DNA from: the human T2T-CHM13v2.0 reference genome, Homo sapiens
Assembly: GCA_009914755.4 (NCBI GenBank)
Contig: CP068257.2
Location: forward strand, 9,440,001 to 9,504,000
Direction of reading: 5' to 3'
Length of the DNA stretch: 64,000 nt
Shown here: positions 13,345 to 27,593 of the stretch, in pieces
Numbering within the stretch: position 1 is the first letter of the stretch
How the letters are laid out: each line of letters begins with the position of its first letter
Made by a program: the position numbers and the translations under genes
The notes under the pieces: model-generated
What the model was told of the DNA's origin: nothing
The model's database searches: none
Seen by the model: the letters and a program-made list of their open reading frames with translations, nothing else

Positions 13345-14730
13345 ATAATTGACTTTTATTCACTCGACAAAATTTCCTAAAAATACATCCAAATGATTGC
13401 GTTAATTAATATTTTGTTCCTTTGATGACTGAATAGTATTTCATGGTTTCTTGTATAAATTCACCACAAATTAAACATTCACCTGAGCTTATTGACCTTT
13501 TCAACTGTAACAAATTAAGCTGTTGTAGACATTCATGAACAAGTTTTTGTGGGAACACAAGTTTCATTACTCCAAATTAAACACCCACAACTGCAATTGC
13601 TGGGATCTATGGTCTATGCACATCTGGTTTTTATTTTACTTTGAAAAATTTTTAATTATTTTCTTAAAATTTTGTGGGTACATTGAGTGCCCACAGAAGC
13701 TAGTAAGGATACTGGGGCATTGGAGAGGAGGTAGAGAAGGTTAATCAGCAGAAAAAAAATGTGGAAAGAATGAATAACATGTCTGTATTTTTAAAAAACT
13801 GTCAACTATTTTTCAGAGTGACTCTATTATTTTACTTTTCCACTAGCAACGTATGAGTGATCCTATTTTTTACATCCTGAATAGCTTTTGCTATTGTCAC
13901 AATTTTTAAAAGACATTTTGATAGGTGTGTAGAAATATCTCACTATGGTTTTATTTGACATGTCCATGATGATTAATAATATTGAACATGTTTCATGGAT
14001 TATTTGACATCTGAATATTTTTCTTGTTAAAACGTCCATTGATGTCTTTTGTCCATTACCTAATTGGATCATTTGCATTTTTTTAAAAAAGTTGCTGTTG
14101 AGTTTTGTGTCATCTCTATTTATTTTTGTCGGTTTTGATAGATGTTTATCAATTGATTGATTTTTTCAATAAACCAGCTTTTTGTTTCACATTTTTTCTG
14201 TTTTCAATTTCATGAATTTTTGTTATTGTCATGATTATTTTTCTTCTTCTGCCTGCTTTCAGTTTACTCTGTTCTTTTTCTAGTTTTTTGAGATACAAGT
14301 GTATGTTATTGATTTGAGATCTTTTCTCATTTTTAATGAAGCATTTAGTACTATAAATTTCTTTCCCACCACAGCCTTAGCTGTATTTCCTATATTTTGA
14401 TATGTTGTATTTTTCTTTCATTTGTTTAAATATATTTTTGGATTTTAATTTAAGACTTTATATTGTATCCATAGATCATTTGGAACTGTGTTGTATAGTT
14501 GAAATGCATTTCTATTAATATATTAATTATATTAATATATCTTCCTTCTTTCTTGATGTGCAAAATTCCTTTTTTTTCTTTATTTTGTTTGAATAACAGT
14601 TTTAGTAAACATTTAATGGTAAGCTTGCTAACAACAAATTTTTAAACAATTCAAAAAATATAATTTTCCTTTACTCCAGAAGCATAGTTACAACATCTGT
14701 AGCATTCAGAGTTGGCAGCTCTTTTCTTTC
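13345..14730 (-). mobile_element. Old L1 (L1M-type) ORF2 3' region, minus strand, 3' end truncated at array boundary
   Basis: Resembles reverse complement of old-L1 3' ORF2 sequence (..tgtccattgatgtcttttgtccattacctaattgg.. cf L1 ..ctttgcccatttttaattgggttg..). Orientation and extent approximate. Confidence 0.45.
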
Positions 14731-14889
14731 ACTACCTGAAAAATATTATGTAACTTGTTTCTGACCTCCATTGTTTCAGATGAAAAAACGTATTTTCATT
14801 TACATTGGTTTTCCTCTATAGGTGATGTTTCACCTATAGGTGACTGTTTCTATCTGGCTGCTTTTAACACTTTGTCTTTAGTTTTGTCA

Positions 14890-15850
14890 ACGACCTACAC
14901 TGGGGAAAGGACACAATCTCCAATACATGCTTCTTGAAAAATTGGATATCCATATGCAGAAGAATGAAACTAAACTCCTATCATTCACCTTATACAAAAA
15001 TAGACTCAAAATGGATTAAAAATTTAAGTGTAAGACATGAAAAATTAGACTACCATACACTGTTGGTGGTAAGTTAAATTATTTCACTTATTATGAAAAA
15101 CTGTATGGTGGTTCCTCAAAACAAAAATAGAGACACCATATGATCTAGTGATCCCACTACTAGGTGTTTATCCAAAGGAAAGTAAATCATTACACTTAAG
15201 AGGCATCTGCACCTCCATATTTATTGCAGCTGTCTTCACAGTAACCAAGATATGGAATTAAGCTAAATATCCATCAATGGATGGATAGATAAAACATGTG
15301 GTATATACACATACCAAATTTGTATATACATTCATATATATATATTATATATATGAATACTATTCTGCCATAAAAAGAATGAAATTCTGTCATTTGCAGA
15401 ATCATGGATAAGACTAGTGAACATTACGTTAAGTGGAATAAGTCAGACACAGAAAAATTAATACTGTCTGTCCTTACCCATATGCAGGAGCTAAACAAAT
15501 TTGAGCTCATTAAAGTAAATGGTAGAATTGTGGTTATTAGATGTTGGGAAGGATGTGGGAGGGGAGGTTGGTTAATGGACACAAAATTATAGCTATATGG
15601 GAGGAATAAGTTCTGTTGTAGTGCTCTATAGCTGGTCGCATGGAAATAACTATAATTTATGGTATATTTTCAAAAAGCTAGAAGAGAGGATTTTGAATGT
15701 TGTCAACACAAAAGTATGATAAATGTTTGAGGTGTTTGAAATGCTAATTACCCTGATTTGATCATTATGCATTGTACACCTGTATCAAAATATCACTCTG
15801 TTTCCATAAATATGTACAATTATTGCATGCCAACTAACAATAAAAGGACA
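14890..15850 (+). mobile_element. Older L1 (L1PB/L1MA-like) 3' end: ORF2 C-terminus + 3'UTR
   Basis: ggggaaaggacacaatctccaatacatgcttcttgaaaaattggatatccatatgcagaagaatgaaactaaactcc...; downstream ccatatgatctagtgatcccactactaggtgtttatccaaaggaa.. classic L1 3' motifs. Confidence 0.6.
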
Positions 15851-17559
15851 AGATAAAGATTCAAAAAATAGGAAGAAATATCATTTTTCTGATACAATTT
15901 CTTCTCGGTGTGCCCATGTTGTTTCATGATTGCAAAGCGTTCTTTTAAGTGCTTGTAAAGTATTGTTTTCATGCTTCTTAAAATTGCTTCCAGAAGTAAT
16001 GTCAAACTCATTCACCTATAGTTTATGAGCTCTATCTTCCTTTAAAAAACTAGTACACTGCCCATTTCTTGTCTTCTAAAACTTTTACTATTCTCCATAA
16101 TCCTCAAAGATATATAGAGAAACTTAAAAATCTCTTTCCTAAACTTTCTTATTGTTTTGGAGTGAGTTCTACTCCAATACTAGGGCCCAGAGCTCATAGT
16201 GCCTCTTCGTTCATCTTGAGATTTAATTAAAAGCAATGTTGAGTCTTCTCTTTTGGATCTAAAGATCTATTTGATGAGAAAGACTGAAGAAAAATAAGGA
16301 TAAGGGTATTTCCTCCATGTTTTCATGGCACAAAATCTTTGTTTGCTAACTGTGATAAGCAGAATAATGCCCCCCCACCCCCCACAAGACAGTCTCTGTC
16401 CTATTCTCCATGTCAGGAAGGATATGCTATGTTATATAAGAATATATGATGTTACAATGCAAGAAAGTATTAAGGTTGCACATGACATTAAGCTTACTAA
16501 ACAGCAGAACTTAAAATAAGAGATCATACTTGATTATCTAGGGGGGGCCAATTTAATCACAAGGATCCTTTAAATGTGGAAGAGTGTGGTAGAAAATATT
16601 TAAAGATACTACATTGTTAATTGTACTGGAGGGAAGAACCAAGAGACAAGGAATGGGGAAAGCAGACAAGAGACAAGAAATGAAGACAGCCCCTAGAAGC
16701 TGGAAAAGGCAAGAACATGTATTCTCCTTTAGAGTCCCCAGAAGGAAAGCAGTGCTGCTGACACCTTGATTTTAGCCTAATGAAAACCATTTAAGACTTC
16801 TGACCTTTATAATTTTAAAATGATAGATTTATGTTTCTAAACTACCAAATAAAAATATTTTGTCTTTAGTTTTTAAAAGTTTAATCAAAATGTTTCTTGA
16901 AATGTGTTTATTCCGTGTAGGGTATCTTAGGCTTCTTGAATCTATACATTTGTGTCTTCTGCAAATTTGAGGTTTTTTTGAAGCACTATTTCTTCAAGTA
17001 TTCTTTCAGCCTCATTTTACTTCTTTTCTGGTACACGTAATAAAAATGTTGGATCTTTGTTGTTGCCTCACACATACCTACATCTGTGTTCATTTTATGT
17101 ATCAGTCTATTTTATTTATGTTGTTCAAATTGGTTAAATTCTACTATTCTGCCCTCACATTCACTGATTTTACCTTCTCGCATCTCAATGGCGCTATTGA
17201 CTCCATCCAACACATTTTTTCATTTCTGTTACCGTGTTTGTTTGCTTTTATAATTTACATTTAGTTCTTTTTGTTGTTGTTTTTTTACAACTCAAGTTTG
17301 GTTAATATTTTGTGATTTTGTTATATATTTTAAGATAATTTCTATTTGATGTTGAAACATTTTTGCTAGATATTTTAAAATCATATTCAGATGATTCCAA
17401 CATCTGATGCGTTTTGGTGTTGGTGTCAGTTAACTGTCTTTTTTCACTCAAATTGTTATTTTCTTGGTTCTTTGTATGATCGGTGATTTGTAATTATATT
17501 CTGGACATTTTGTCTATCATGGCAGACAATTGTGAGCTCTATTTAAACTGTTCCTTTTG

Positions 17560-18130
17560 GCAGGCAGTCACACTGTTTAGCTTTAGCATATACATCCTGG
17601 GTGTGGGGCAGGTACACTGTGTACTATTTACTAGCTTGTCTGAGTTCAGTTAAACAGAACACACTCATATGCAACAAATTACATAAGGCAGATGTATCAT
17701 TTACAGACAAACAGCAAGAGACAACAGGTACCTATGTGAGCCGGTCCATTATGAGCCAGTAGCCCAAGGCTCAACAAAGTTGTCTGAAGTGGATGGAGTG
17801 CATGTGAAGTGCCTGAGGTGGATGCAGTGATTGTGCATGCCCCACTTGTACCACAGTTGAGGGACCCCACAAGACAGCTTGCCCTAGGTTACACACCTCA
17901 GGACCAATGGGAAACTATGGCCTAAAGTTTTGAAGAACATTCTCTGTCAAGGGAGAGAGTAACAAGGCCTAGGCTGTTTCAGGCCATTCTTCCCTGTCTC
18001 AGGATATTGCATTCTCAGCATATACTACAGTTGCTCTTGACAACTGCAAGCAAGAAAGAGGGGATAATTGGGTCAGTCCAAGGACACCTGGAAAGTTGAC
18101 CTGCAGTCTCCTGCTCCAACCAAGATATTT
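17560..18130 (+). repeat. Unclassified LTR-like interspersed repeat, copy A
   Basis: ~70% similar to 24935-25175 + 25474-25760 (cttgtctgagt.cag..acactcatatgcaacaa.ttaca..ggcagat..; ccccacttg.accacag.tgag..). Confidence 0.3.
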
Positions 18131-18395
18131 CCCTTAGAAAAGGTGGTGTATTTCATATGCCCATTGACCTCTCCAGATCTGGAGGTGGAGGTTTGTCTTG
18201 TCAGATCAATGTAACACCTTGGCTGACTCTGTCTCAGTGAAACATCATTGAGTCATAACCAGAATACATTTTACTAGTCCCAGGAGGACTACTACCACTA
18301 GCAGCACAGCCAGACCTCTCTGCAGTAGTAATGTAGCTCTGGGTCTCAAAGATCTAGGTAAGAGGTTGCCATAGAGGTTAAAGAAGGATTCTTCA

Positions 18396-18842
<447 letters not shown>

Positions 18843-20769
18843 CTGGAACAATTCTGTTGGTTAAAATAACTTTCTGGGTGGATCTGGGAGATGTTTCCTT
18901 GGCTTCTAAGACAGTGGCAATGGAGGAGGCAATATTTGCCATGGTTTGGGGCAGGTTTCTTTTCATTTTTTATGAGCAATAACTCCTATGAATGGTACCA
19001 AAGATCTCATAAAAGACATAAACCCAAAGTCAGTTACACATCCAGTCAGGTCTTTGGTAAGTCTGGTATACAGCATTAGGCTCCTGAGTCAATGGAGCAC
19101 TTCATTTTGGGGGTGAATTCTAGGAGCATCCCTAGCACACTCAATGGGGCAGGACCTGTAAGTTTTCCAGGCATGACTTTGCCCACCCCGTATTTGAGTC
19201 ACCCCAGATTGCCCACAGATAAAGATGTAGCCCTCTGGCACACACAGACCCCCTGTGCTAGTATTATTTATGAGGATGAAGGTATTGGCACTCACTAGCT
19301 AAGTCTCATTGATGGCAGTAGTTGCCTGAGTTTTCCTCATACAGTTTACCCCATACAATCCTAAAGCCTCTACGCAGAGGGCTAGCACTCTCCGATACTT
19401 GTTCTCTTCATCATCATGAACACACATCTTTGTAATTAAAGGAGCCTGGTGCATCAAAGCACCTGCCCACCAAAGATTCGTTAGTTGTGGTCATGACATT
19501 TTTCCACAAAGTTATTTAAGTTAAAAGATAGCACCTTTGAATTCTTCCTATGTGGCATGTGCTAGGTCCTCACTCAGTAAGCTAGGACTTAAGGTCCATT
19601 ACTGTACTCTGTGGCATTAGGAGTGCTAGAGTAGTTAACCACTGGCAAGATGAAAGGATCATTCTAGTCAATGAGAGAACAAGGTCGTGGATGGAGCATC
19701 CAGCACTTTGTCAGGTTACCCATGGTGTAACCATGGCACTTTGGAAGAGGCCACTAAGGCATTATGCTCACAGGCCTATAATGCCCCATCCTTGTGGAAA
19801 AGCAGACTGACAGTTTAATGCCCACCTCTCACCCTTTCCAGGGTCTCAGATGTTCTCTACCTATTGGATAAGAATTAGGCTGAGTTGGTATAGCAACCCG
19901 GTCTCTCTGTTTTAGTCCCAAGCTACTTCTGCAGACACCCATTGCCCTTGTTGCTTGACTCAAACCTTTCTGCCTCAATCATCCACTCCAGTACAAAGTT
20001 GGCATATCTCATAACATCATCCACCCAAATGGAAGGATCAGAGGTATCCAGCATCATTAGAGGGATTCTAGCAGTCTGTCATTCCTTAGTCCTGTACTCC
20101 ACCCCTGTGGAATCCCCTTATAGGGGAGGTACCCAAGGGAAGTATAAACTCCAGATTAGAGACAGCGTGGCCTCTCTGGAGTACTATGGCACCCTGAACT
20201 GCAATTCATCCCCAGGACATGTACTCTATAGGGGAAAAGGAAAAAGAATTGTTGAGAAAGACTGAGACTTTACAGGCACAGACAGCCTAGTCAGGTGGGT
20301 TTCTCATCCACCTCCACCCCAACCAAGCCCAGTGTCCCTCAATATGCACTGCAGTGCTGTTTCCTTTGCATTGGTGCATAGTGTTTAGTGTTCCTATTGC
20401 CCTAGTCAGATGGGCTACCCCCTCACTAGCAGGACATCTTGATGTTCTTTCTTCAGTTGTTTTGTGAGTTCCATTATTCAATAACTCTATTAGCCTGAGG
20501 ATGACAATGTATTTAAAAAGCCCATCTTTTTTCACTAATGTGTACCCATTATCTAGTTGCTTGAATAGCAAAAAATATTCCTTGGTCCAAGTAAAATCCC
20601 ATGGGCTATGTAAAAGGATGGCAGAAATTCCTCTCAAGTGTGGCTATAGTTACCTCAGCACCCATATGATTGACATATATTTGTCTTTTTCAGACAACAA
20701 GCTGTTTTTCTTAGTCCTTGTCCTCACATGGATATCCTCTAACAGTCCAATCCTTCCATTGCCACTGTC

Positions 20770-20984
20770 CTGATCAGATGGCTAGGCTTTTGGCAATGGC
20801 CCATAAGTCACTGAAAATATAGCAAGATATGCGACAGAGGTAGCCTGCATGGCCATCACCACTGCATTTAGTTTGGCCCATTGGGTAGAAAGCCCATGTC
20901 CAGTCTCAGTCAAAAGATAGCCATCCAGTGGCTGAATGGTGGTCCAGTGCATGTTGTCTGGCAGAGCTATCAGTAAACCATGCC
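20770..20984 (-). pseudogene. Older ERV pol remnant (RNase H N-terminus), minus strand, interrupted by HERV-H-like insertion
   Basis: Reverse-strand translation ...MLTDSMAWFTDSSARQHALDHHSATGWLSFD..GQTKCSGDGHAGYLCRIS.. (TDGSS-like RNase H start motif). Confidence 0.3.
20980..20984. repeat. 5' target-site duplication ATGCC of HERV-H-like provirus
   Basis: atgcc immediately before LTR tgtcagg; same pentamer follows 3' LTR at 23832-23836. Confidence 0.5.
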
Positions 20985-21374
20985 TGTCAGGCTTCTGAGC
21001 CCAAGCTAAACCATCATATCCCCTGTGACCTGCACGTATACATCCAGGTGGCCTGAAGCAAGTGAAGAATCACAAAAGAAGTGAAAATGGCTGGTTCCTG
21101 CCTTAACTGATGACATTACTTTGTGAAATTCCTTCTCCTGGCTCAGAAGCTCCCCCACTGAGCACCTTGTGACCCCCGCCCCTGCCCGCCGGAGAACAAT
21201 CCTCTTTGACTATAATTTTCCACTACCTACCCAAATCCTATAAAACGGCCCCACCCCATCTCCCTTCACTGACTCTCTTTTCAGACTCAGCCCGCCTGCA
21301 CCCAGGTGAAATAAACAGCCTTATTGCTCATGCAGTGTCTGTTTGGTGGTCTCTTCACATGGACGTGTGTGACA
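20985..21374 (+). repeat. 5' LTR (LTR7-like; TATA cctataaaacgg ~21237, poly(A) signal aataaa ~21310)
   Basis: Starts TG..., ends ..CA; ~90% identical to 3' LTR. Confidence 0.7.
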
Positions 21375-21376
21375 TT

Positions 21377-21394
21377 TGGTGCCTGTTATCACCC
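21377..21394 (+). other. Primer-binding site, degenerate tRNA-His-like (tggtgcctgttatcaccc)
   Basis: Follows LTR end + tt; resembles HERV-H PBS tggtgccgtgactcggat with CpG decay. Confidence 0.4.
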
Positions 21395-21399
21395 CCTGC

Positions 21400-22318
21400 T
21401 ACAGCATGGGCTTGTAAAACCTATAAACTCTCCTTACAATTCTCCCATTTTACCTATTCAAACACCAGACAAGTCTTACAGGTTAGTTCAGGATCTGCTC
21501 TGGCCATCATGTCTCCGTGCAGCAGTTGCCATCACCCTAATGCTTTTAGAGGCCCTAAAAATCACAAACTGTGCTCAACTCACTCTCTACAGTTCTCATA
21601 ACTTCCAAAATCTATTTTCTTCCTCACACCTGATGCATATACTTTCTGCTCCCCGGCTCCTTCAATTGTACTCACTCTTTGTTGAGTCTCCCACAATTAC
21701 CGTTGTTCCTGGCCCGGACTTCAATCTGGCCTCCCACATTATTCCGGATATCACACCTGACCCCCATGGCTGTATCTCTCTGATCCACCTGACATTCACT
21801 CCGTTTCCCCATATTTCATTCTTTCCTGTTCCTCACCCTGATCACACTTGGTTTATCAATGACAGTTCCACCAGGCCTAATTGCCACTCACCAGCAAAGG
21901 CAGGCTATGCTATAGTATCTTCCACATCTATCATTGAGGCTACCGCTCTGCCCCACTCCTCTACATCTCAGCAAGCCAAATTCATTGCCTTAACTCGAGC
22001 GTCACTCTTGCAAAGGGACTACACATCAATATTTAAACTGACTCTAAATATGCCTTCCATATCCTATGCCACCATACCATTATATGGGCAGAAAGAGGTT
22101 TCCTCACTGCGCAAGGGTCCTCCATCATTAATGCCTCTTTAATAAAAGCTCTTCTCAAGGCCACTTTACTTCCAAAGGAAGCTGGAGTCATTCACTGCAA
22201 AGGCCATCAAAAGGCATCAGATCCCATTGCTCAGGGCAATGCTTATGCTGATAAAATAGCTAAAGAAGCAGCTAGCATTCCAACTTCTGTCCCTCACGGC
22301 CAGTTTTTCTCCTTCTAA
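21400..22318 (+). pseudogene. pol remnant: RT N-terminal fingers, internal RT deletion, RNase H
   Basis: ORF 21324-22142: ..LVKPINSPYNSPILPIQTPDKSYRLVQDLL.. (cf MLV ..[31 protein letters not shown]..); ..HTWFINDSS..AGYAIVS..ALP..SQQAKFIALTRA..; then ..VIHCKGHQKASDPIAQGNAYADKIAKEAA. Confidence 0.6.
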
Positions 22319-23110
22319 TTGGTCACTCCCACCTACTCACCGACTGAAACTTCCACCTATCAATCTCTTCCCACACAAGGCAAATGGTTCTTTGACCAAG
22401 GAAAATATCTCCTTCCAGCCTCACAGGCCCATTCTATTCTGTCGTCATTGCATAACCTCTTCCATGTAGGTTACAAGCTGCTAGCCCACCTCTTAGAACC
22501 TCTCATTTCCTTTCCATTGTGGAAATCTATCCTCAAAAAATCACTTCTCAGTGTTCCATCTGCTATTCTACTACTCCTCAGGGATTATTCAGGCCCCCTC
22601 CCTTCCCTACACATCAAGCTCAGGGATTTGCCCCCACCCAGGACTGGCAAATTGACTTCACTCACATGCTCTGAGTCAGGAAACTAAAATACCTCTTGGT
22701 CTGGGTAGACACTTTCACTGGATGGGTAGAGGCCTTTCCCGCAGGGTCTGAGAAGGCCACCACGATGATTTCTTCCCTTCTGTCAGACACAATTCTTTGG
22801 TTTGGCCTTCCCTCCTCTATACAGTCTGATAACGGACCAGCCTTTATTAGTCAAATCCCCCAAGCAGTTTCTTAGGCTCTTGGTATTCAGTAAAACCTTT
22901 ATACCCCTTACCATCCTGAATCTTCAGGAATGGTAGAACGGACTAATTGTCTTTTAAAAATACACCTCACCAAGCTCAGCCTCCAACTTAAAACAAAAAA
23001 GAGGACTCTGTCAAGGATAGAGCCCCAAAACTCACCAACCAAACAAGTAATTCTGCTGAACCCCCTTGAGCACTCTCTAATTGGATGTCCTGGGTCCTCC
23101 CAATTCTTAG
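22319..23110 (+). pseudogene. Integrase remnant (N-terminal + catalytic core, frameshifted)
   Basis: ..QGKWFFDQGKYLLPASQAHSILSSLHNLFHVGYKLLAHLLEP..; ..DFTHM..LLVWVDTFTGWVEAFP..SDNGPAFISQ..YTPYHPESSGMVERTNCLLK. Confidence 0.55.
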
Positions 23111-23425
23111 TCATTTAATACCTGTTTTTCTCCTTCACTTATTCACACCTTGTGTCTTCCGTTTAGTTTCTCAATTCATACAAAACCGCATCCAGGCCAT
23201 TACCAATCATTCCATATGACAAATGCTCCTCTTAACAACCCCACAATTCTTACCACAAAATCTTCCTTCAGCTTAATCTCTCCCACTCTAGGTTCCCATG
23301 CCTCCCCTAATCCCACTCGAAGCAGCCCTGAGAAACATCACCCATTATCTCTCCATAGCACCCCCCAAAATTTTCACCACCCCAACACTTCAACACTATT
23401 TTGTTTTATTTTTCTTATTAATATA

Positions 23426-23437
23426 AGAAGACAGGAA
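23426..23437 (+). other. Polypurine tract (aagaagacaggaa) abutting 3' LTR
   Basis: Purine run immediately 5' of LTR TG start. Confidence 0.4.
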
Positions 23438-23831
23438 TGTCAGGCCTCTGAGCCCAAGCTAAGCCATCGTATCTCCTGTGACCTGCACGTATACATCCAG
23501 ATGGCCTGAAACAAGTGAAGAATCAAAAGAAGTGAAAATGGCTGGCTCCTGCCTTAACTGATGACATTACTTTGTGAAATTCCTTCTCCTGGCTCAGAAG
23601 CTCCCCCACTGAGCACCTTGTGACCACCACCCCTGCCTGCCAGAGAATAACCCCCTTTGACTGTAATTTTCCACTACCTACCCAAATCCTATAAAACGGC
23701 CCCACCCCATCTTCCTTCACTGACTCTCTTTTTGGATTCAGCCTGCCTGCACCCAGGTGAAATAAACAGTCTTGTTGCTCACAAAAAGCCTGTTTGGTGG
23801 TCTCTTCACACTGATGCACTGATGCATGACA
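23438..23831 (+). repeat. 3' LTR (LTR7-like)
   Basis: tgtcaggcctctgagcccaagctaagccatcgtatctcctgtgacctgcacgtatacatccagatggcctgaa... Confidence 0.7.
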
Positions 23832-23836
23832 ATGCC
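23832..23836. repeat. 3' target-site duplication ATGCC
   Basis: Matches 20980-20984. Confidence 0.5.
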
Positions 23837-24934
23837 ATGCTATCAGTAAGCATGTCTCTGAGTCCTGGGCCCCAGGTCACCACAGGAGAATCCAATGGAT
23901 CCTTACAGGTTGCTTAAAAGGGATAGTTTGTTGTAGTCCTGAAATAATAAAGTAATGTCCTATTCTCCACTTACCATGTAGTATTGCTTTTGTTAAATAA
24001 TCCATTGGGGCTTGGGTAGTTTAGGTGGGTCCTTTAGGCAGGATATGCCCCACTGTTATGGCTTGAATTCTGAGTTGTCAAAGAGTATGTCCCCTTAGGC
24101 AATGGTGATTTTTGTGCTACAAGAAGTCGGGGGATCAATGCCAATAATGCACTCACAAGTGAGAACCATGGTCACTGACATCCAATATGGACCAAAGCCA
24201 CATCACAGGTAGATAAGCACTACTGGTCAATGCATTCATTCTAAAACCTTCCAGTGTCACCAGTTTTTCTCCCTAAGAGGACCTGGAAATATTATGTGGA
24301 CTCATGTATCAAAAAAAAAAGTCTGAATTTCTTTCTTTTCTCCTCTTACCTTGACAGAAATATAAGGCCTTTGGCCTCCATTTGGGGACCCTGAGACCTT
24401 GGTCCCATTTCTGACTCTGCCATTCAGCCCAAGACATTGGATTTGCAATGTCCTTTCATCAAAGAAATATACCTGGCCTTTCTCTATATCTGTCCTTTAG
24501 ATAATGAGTCTCCCTTTCTGTGAAGGCCTTTATCACATGTATTGATTCCTTCTCAGATGCCTCAAGGAAGATCTGAGGACCCCTTTCTTCTTTCTCTCTC
24601 AGGTGCCTTAGTGTCTGGTTGAGTACACACTTCCCTCACTCTCTGCCCCCATGAATGACAGGGTAATTAAATAAATATCCCCAACCAAGGAACCTATGCT
24701 CCTCTATTTCCTCTTTGCCTTTTGTTTGCCTTGATCCATGCAGCCATCTCATTCACATCTGTGGGAAGTGGCAGACCTACATCCCACTTATCACCCTTCC
24801 TTCTTCTGAAAATATTCAATCCCCATGCCCCCAGGCTGCCGTCTTTCCCCTGGGCTGGGTACTAGGAAGTATCACCCCTCCTGCTTCTCAAATAAGCTAT
24901 GATTACATTAGATGGGGCCCTGCTTGCTGGACGC

Positions 24935-25760
<826 letters not shown>

Positions 25761-26896
25761 TTTAGAGCTTTTGCATTGTGATTTCAGACTCTTTGATTAA
25801 TATGGTGCTGCTGGGAATTCCACTGCTCCCTGTTAGTGCTGCCTATGGCAGTGGAAGCAGTTTCTCCAGGTTAGGCTACCAGGTGTCTGAGGTATGTGGT
25901 GAGGGGTGTGGTAGAATCCCCCAACCAATGTCCCCTGGCTACTCTGGGGTCATTGGGAAGAGCGTCTTAGGCCTGCAGGGACAAAGCAGCTTCTTAGGCC
26001 AGGCCACTTTCTCTACTAGGTCCCTCTTCCTGGTTCTATTTTTCCACCTTTGTGCTTCCTGGTAGCAAAGGAAGCCTCAAGCTGTACTGGGAAGGAGAGC
26101 ACCTCTCTTAGCGTTTCTCCTAGCTGCTTCTCCTGGATGGTGGTGGGTGTCTCAAGCTAGCGGCTCCTGATTGATCCAAGGGAGGAAGGAGCTTACTTGA
26201 GGTATCTTCTGTTGCTAGATTGGGGGATTAGGAAAAATAAGTCTGAAGGCCTTCTTCTGTCCAGTGAGGATACACAAGATGCCTTGCTGTTGTGCTGTTT
26301 CACCATTCCTTGCATATCAAACTAACTCTTCTGTTTACCTCCATCTCTTAGAGCTTTTTCATGTTAGTCACATGTGTCATTTTCAAAATATATAGTTGTG
26401 CATAACAAAAAGAGGCGGGAAAAACATGGATCTGTGCCATATTTTCTGAATCCGAAGTTCCTTGCATACTTTATACTAAATAAGCTTTATCTGTGAGCTA
26501 TATTACTAGTATTTTCTTTGCCTATAATTGTTTCAGGTGTCACATTTAAGAGTTTGCTTGATTATGATATTTAAATATTACAGAATGTATTTGCAGAATA
26601 TATTTGCAGAATAACAATATTCTGCAAATAATGCCCTTGATATTCAAATTGAAAATCACTTTTCGTAATAGATCAAGGAAATTAGAACCTAATGATTTAA
26701 TGGTGTACACAATTGCAGCATTAGTTTTCTATTCAAAGCAACATAAAATAAATGACAAATTGAAAGAAAAATAGGTCTTTATTTACTCTATTCAAATATT
26801 AAAATAAATAATAATATGTCTATTGAAATGTCATAATCAGGATATCATTTATTCCAATTAATTGATTAAATAAGTAATCAGTTAAATGTCATAGAT

Positions 26897-27178
26897 TTTA
26901 TTTTTATTTTTATTTTTATAGAGAGAAGATGCCGTTCTGTCACCAGGCTGGAGTACAGTAGCTGGATCATAACTCACTATAACCTCAAAAAAGCCTCCCA
27001 AGTATCTGGGATTACAGGTGTGAGCCACCATGATAGGCTAATTAAATTTTTAAATTTTCTATAGAGATGAGGCTCTCCCTGTTACCCAGGCTTGTCTTGA
27101 ACTCCTGGGCTCAAGGGATCCTCCCACCTCAGCCTCCCAAAGTGATAGGATTACAGGTATAAGCCATCATGCCTGGCC
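26897..27178 (-). mobile_element. Alu (older, diverged; minus)
   Basis: ..gtcaccaggctggagtacagtagc...cctcccaaagtgataggattacaggtataagccatcatgcctggcc. Confidence 0.85.
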
Positions 27179-27274
27179 CTAGAATTTTTAAATTAATGGT
27201 GGTTGATACACATATTTACATTGTATTTTAGCCAGATTTACTGAGGTATAATTTACTTATGCAAAATTTACTAA

Positions 27275-27593
27275 TTTATTTATTTATTTATTTATTTTTT
27301 GAGACGGAGTCTCGCTCTGTTGCTCAGGCTGGAGTGCAGCAGCGCAATCTCGGCTCACTGCAAGCTCCGCCTCCTGGGTTCACACCATTCTCCTGCCTCA
27401 GCCTCCTGAGTAGCTGGGACTACAGGCGCCTGCCACCACACCCGGCTAATTTTTTTTGTATTTTGAGTAGAGACAGGGTTTCACCATGTTAACCAGGATG
27501 GTCTCAACCTCCTGACCTCGTGATCCACCCGCCTCGGCCTCCCAAAGTGCTGGGATTACAGGCGTGAGTCACTGCGCCCGGCCGAATATTTCC
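27275..27593 (-). mobile_element. Alu (AluS/Y-like; minus) with (TTTA)n tail
   Basis: tttatttatttattttttgagacggagtctcgctctgttgctcaggctggagtgcag...ggcgtgagtcactgcgcccggcc. Confidence 0.92.

Larger units (their letters stand above)
20985..23831 (+). mobile_element. Heavily deleted HERV-H-like (class I, LTR7-type) provirus: LTR-PBS-(RT/RNaseH/IN remnants)-PPT-LTR
   Basis: Two ~390-bp LTRs (tgtcaggc.tctgagcccaagctaa...cctataaaacggccccacccc...gtgaaataaacag...tctcttcaca..aca). gag/pro/env absent. pol translations match gammaretroviral RT fingers, RNase H and integrase. Confidence 0.7.

Noticed and set aside
21324-22142. 272-aa ORF as a functional gene
   Set aside because: It is a retroviral pol remnant with RT fingers fused to RNase H by an internal deletion, no catalytic YxDD region, and downstream frameshifts. 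It is part of a gag-less, env-less provirus.
20985-23831. Assignment of the provirus to HERV9/LTR12
   Set aside because: LTR12 is long (>1 kb) with U3 subrepeats. These LTRs are ~390 bp with a TATAAAA box, and the PBS resembles the His-tRNA type, which fits LTR7/HERV-H. Either way it is a class I ERV. RepeatMasker should settle it.
20966-23850. 11-bp gctatcagtaa found on both sides of the HERV-H-like element, as a possible long TSD
   Set aside because: The copies are not immediately adjacent to the LTR ends (acc+atgcc intervene on the left, atgcc+at on the right). Reconstructing the empty site gives gctatcagtaaaccatgccatgctatcagtaagc, a pre-existing local duplication in the host ERV (in-frame LTDS / FTDSS). 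The real TSD is the 5-bp ATGCC.
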